Shown in pieces: positions 62,339-64,000 of a stretch of 64,000 nucleotides of DNA. The DNA is from Gemmatimonadales bacterium (GTDB lineage Bacteria; Gemmatimonadota; Gemmatimonadetes; Gemmatimonadales; GWC2-71-9). The DNA lies in NCBI GenBank assembly GCA_041615815.1, contig JBFJCP010000005.1, positions 80,662 to 144,661 on the forward strand, written 5' to 3'. A program made the translations under genes and the position numbers. Position 1 is the first letter of the stretch. Each line of letters opens with the position of its first letter. The notes beneath the pieces were generated by a model, which saw only the letters and a list, made by a program, of their open reading frames with translations, was not told where the DNA came from and did not search any database.

Positions 62339-63261
62339 CGATGCCTCCGCACGGGGATAGGGAAACCGAGCTGCCGGAGCGCGTCGGGACTCGTCCGCCA
62401 CTTGGGAAGGACCTTGACCCACAGGTCGAGATACACCGCGCGATCCATCAGCATCTCGATGTGGTGCCGCGCTCGCGTTCCCAAGGCCCTGATGGTGCGG
62501 CCACCGCTTCCGATCACCATCCCCTTCTGGGATTCGCGCTCCACGTAGAGCGACACCCGAATATATACCGGATCGCGGGACTCCCGGAACTCTTCGACCT
62601 CCGCGGCCACGGCATATGGGAGTTCCTCGCTGAGGATCTCGAAGGCTGCCTCCCGCACGAACTCGGTGACAAAGAAGCGCAGCGGTTGGTTGCTCATGTC
62701 GTCGGCCGCGGCTCGAAACGGTGCCATGGGGGCGTGAGCGCGACACCAGGCGAGGAGCGTCTCGAGACCCAGGGCCTGCACCGCCGAAACCACGGGGCTC
62801 GTGGGCCGATCGCTGTGTGGGCGGTTCGCATCCGGAGCCATGCCATTCGACCCGCCGCCCCGCCGGTGCGCCGGGAGGAGGTCCCCTTTGGTCATCACCG
62901 TGAGCACCGGTCCGCCGAACGTGGTGCCGGCCGGTACGAGAGACGCAAGCGGCGGCGGCTCGCCTTGATCGGCCGGGTGCAAGTAGATGATGCCGTCGGC
63001 TTGTTGGAGCCAATCGAGCGCGTGGGCCAGCATCGTTTCTTGCAGCAGGTAATGCGGCTCGAGAAGCCCTGGGGGGTCCACGAAGATCAGCTGGACGGGA
63101 CCATCGGTACGGATGCCCACGACCGGGCTTCGGCTGGATTGAGGCTTGGGAGAGACGATAGCGAGCTTTTCCCCCATGATGGCGTTCAGGAGGGTCGATT
63201 TGCCGGCGTTTGGCCGTCCGGCCAGCACAAAGGTGCCGCAGCGTGTCTGCGGGTCGGTCAT
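62335..63261 (-). CDS. era: GTPase Era
   Basis: [19 protein letters not shown] domain [24 protein letters not shown]. Confidence 0.93.
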   Translation of the reverse strand: MTDPQTRCGTFVLAGRPNAGKSTLLNAIMGEKLAIVSPKPQSSRSPVVGIRTDGPVQLIFVDPPGLLEPHYLLQETMLAHALDWLQQADGIIYLHPADQGEPPPLASLVPAGTTFGGPVLTVMTKGDLLPAHRRGGGSNGMAPDANRPHSDRPTSPVVSAVQALGLETLLAWCRAHAPMAPFRAAADDMSNQPLRFFVTEFVREAAFEILSEELPYAVAAEVEEFRESRDPVYIRVSLYVERESQKGMVIGSGGRTIRALGTRARHHIEMLMDRAVYLDLWVKVLPKWRTSPDALRQLGFPIPVRRHR

Positions 63262-63427
63262 GCGGTCAAATGTAAGGTGGGGGAGCGGGCGGCGACGCTC
63301 ACGTTAGCTATACTTCGAGTGAGGTAAACAACATAATTGATTGTCACAAAACACCTTACTGAGTATGCTTGATGTTGTTTCTCACATCGTGTCCCATGGT
63401 TTCTCTGGCTCTCGCTGCTGGGTCCTG

Positions 63428-63464
63428 CAAGAACGGCCCGCCCTCCGATGTGGAGGACGGGCCG
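63428..63464 (-). terminator. rRNA operon terminator hairpin
   Basis: CGGCCCGCCCTCC / GGAGGACGGGCCG stem (63434-63464) followed by TTCTTG on the minus strand, just after 5S. Confidence 0.65.
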
Positions 63465-63472
63465 TATGGGGA

Positions 63473-63589
<117 letters not shown>

Positions 63590-63724
63590 AAACTGCGGGT
63601 TCTGGGGGCTACGGGTTGCGAGGACCGAAGCCCCGAGAACCGAAGAACTACGACGGTTGCGTGGATCAATGTTGGTAGGAGGTACTCGCGCTGACGCGAA
63701 TTGCTTTTTGTTGAAAAAAGGGAG

Positions 63725-64000
63725 AGATCAAGCTTCACGGGCGATTAGTACGGCTCGGCTGAGATGCTTGCACACCTTACACCTGCCGCCTATCAACGTG
63801 GTGGTCTCCCACGGCCCTTCAGGGACCTTACGGTCCAGGAGTGCTCATCTTGGGACGGGTTTCCCACTTAGATGCTTTCAGCGGTTATCCCTGCCCGACA
63901 TCGCTAACCGGTGATGCCACTGGCGTGACAGCCGGGACACGAGCGGTCGGTCCAACCCGGTCCTCTCGTACTAGGGTCGGACTCCCTCAACACTCCAGCG
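63725..64000 (-). rRNA. rrl: 23S rRNA, 3' end (partial)
   Basis: Sarcin-ricin loop AGTACGAGAGGAC and GGATAACCGCTGAAAGCATCTAAG on the minus strand. Confidence 0.97.

Noticed and set aside
63598..63641. Hairpin in the 23S-5S spacer
   Set aside because: Ordinary rRNA spacer/processing structure; no tRNA cloverleaf

Overview
GC-rich, gene-dense core-chromosome segment of a diderm bacterium. Gene content and order (lpxC-fabZ fusion, PorV-like protein, mcsA-mcsB-clpC, bshC) suggest Gemmatimonadota or a related FCB lineage; this taxonomy is an inference. The window appears to straddle the replication terminus. All genes from 1279 to 20475 are on + and all genes from 20707 to 64000 are on -, converging on a 28-bp dif-like XerCD site at 20622-20649, with xerD about 16 kb to the left. 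The left arm carries ispF, xerD, kdsB-pyrG-kdsA-kdsC-lptC-lptA-lptB-rpoN and a GT2/GT4/flippase-like/YfhO/polyprenol-phosphate-sugar synthase glycosylation cluster. The right arm, read from the right end, carries the 3' end of an rRNA operon (23S-5S), era, a PorV-like gene, a diguanylate cyclase, a zinc-ribbon protein with a RomX-like C-terminal domain, frameshifted prfB, lysS, lolCD, mcsAB-clpC, bamA-skp-lpxD-lpxC/fabZ-lpxA-lpxB-DUF374-lpxK, gdh, rlmH, a methyltransferase-bshC pair, murJ, uvrC, larC, der-plsY-gpsA, surE-pcm, apt and two tRNAs. No mobile element, prophage or CRISPR array was seen. The most notable observations are the zinc-ribbon/RomX-like fusion next to a c-di-GMP cyclase, a recurring leaderless-type promoter architecture, non-canonical start codons (ATA for lpxD, possibly CTG for a dedA), an N-terminally extended LptB, a candidate N-methyl-bacillithiol gene pair, and an rRNA operon only about 43 kb from dif. 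All family assignments come from motif recognition, not from database searches.
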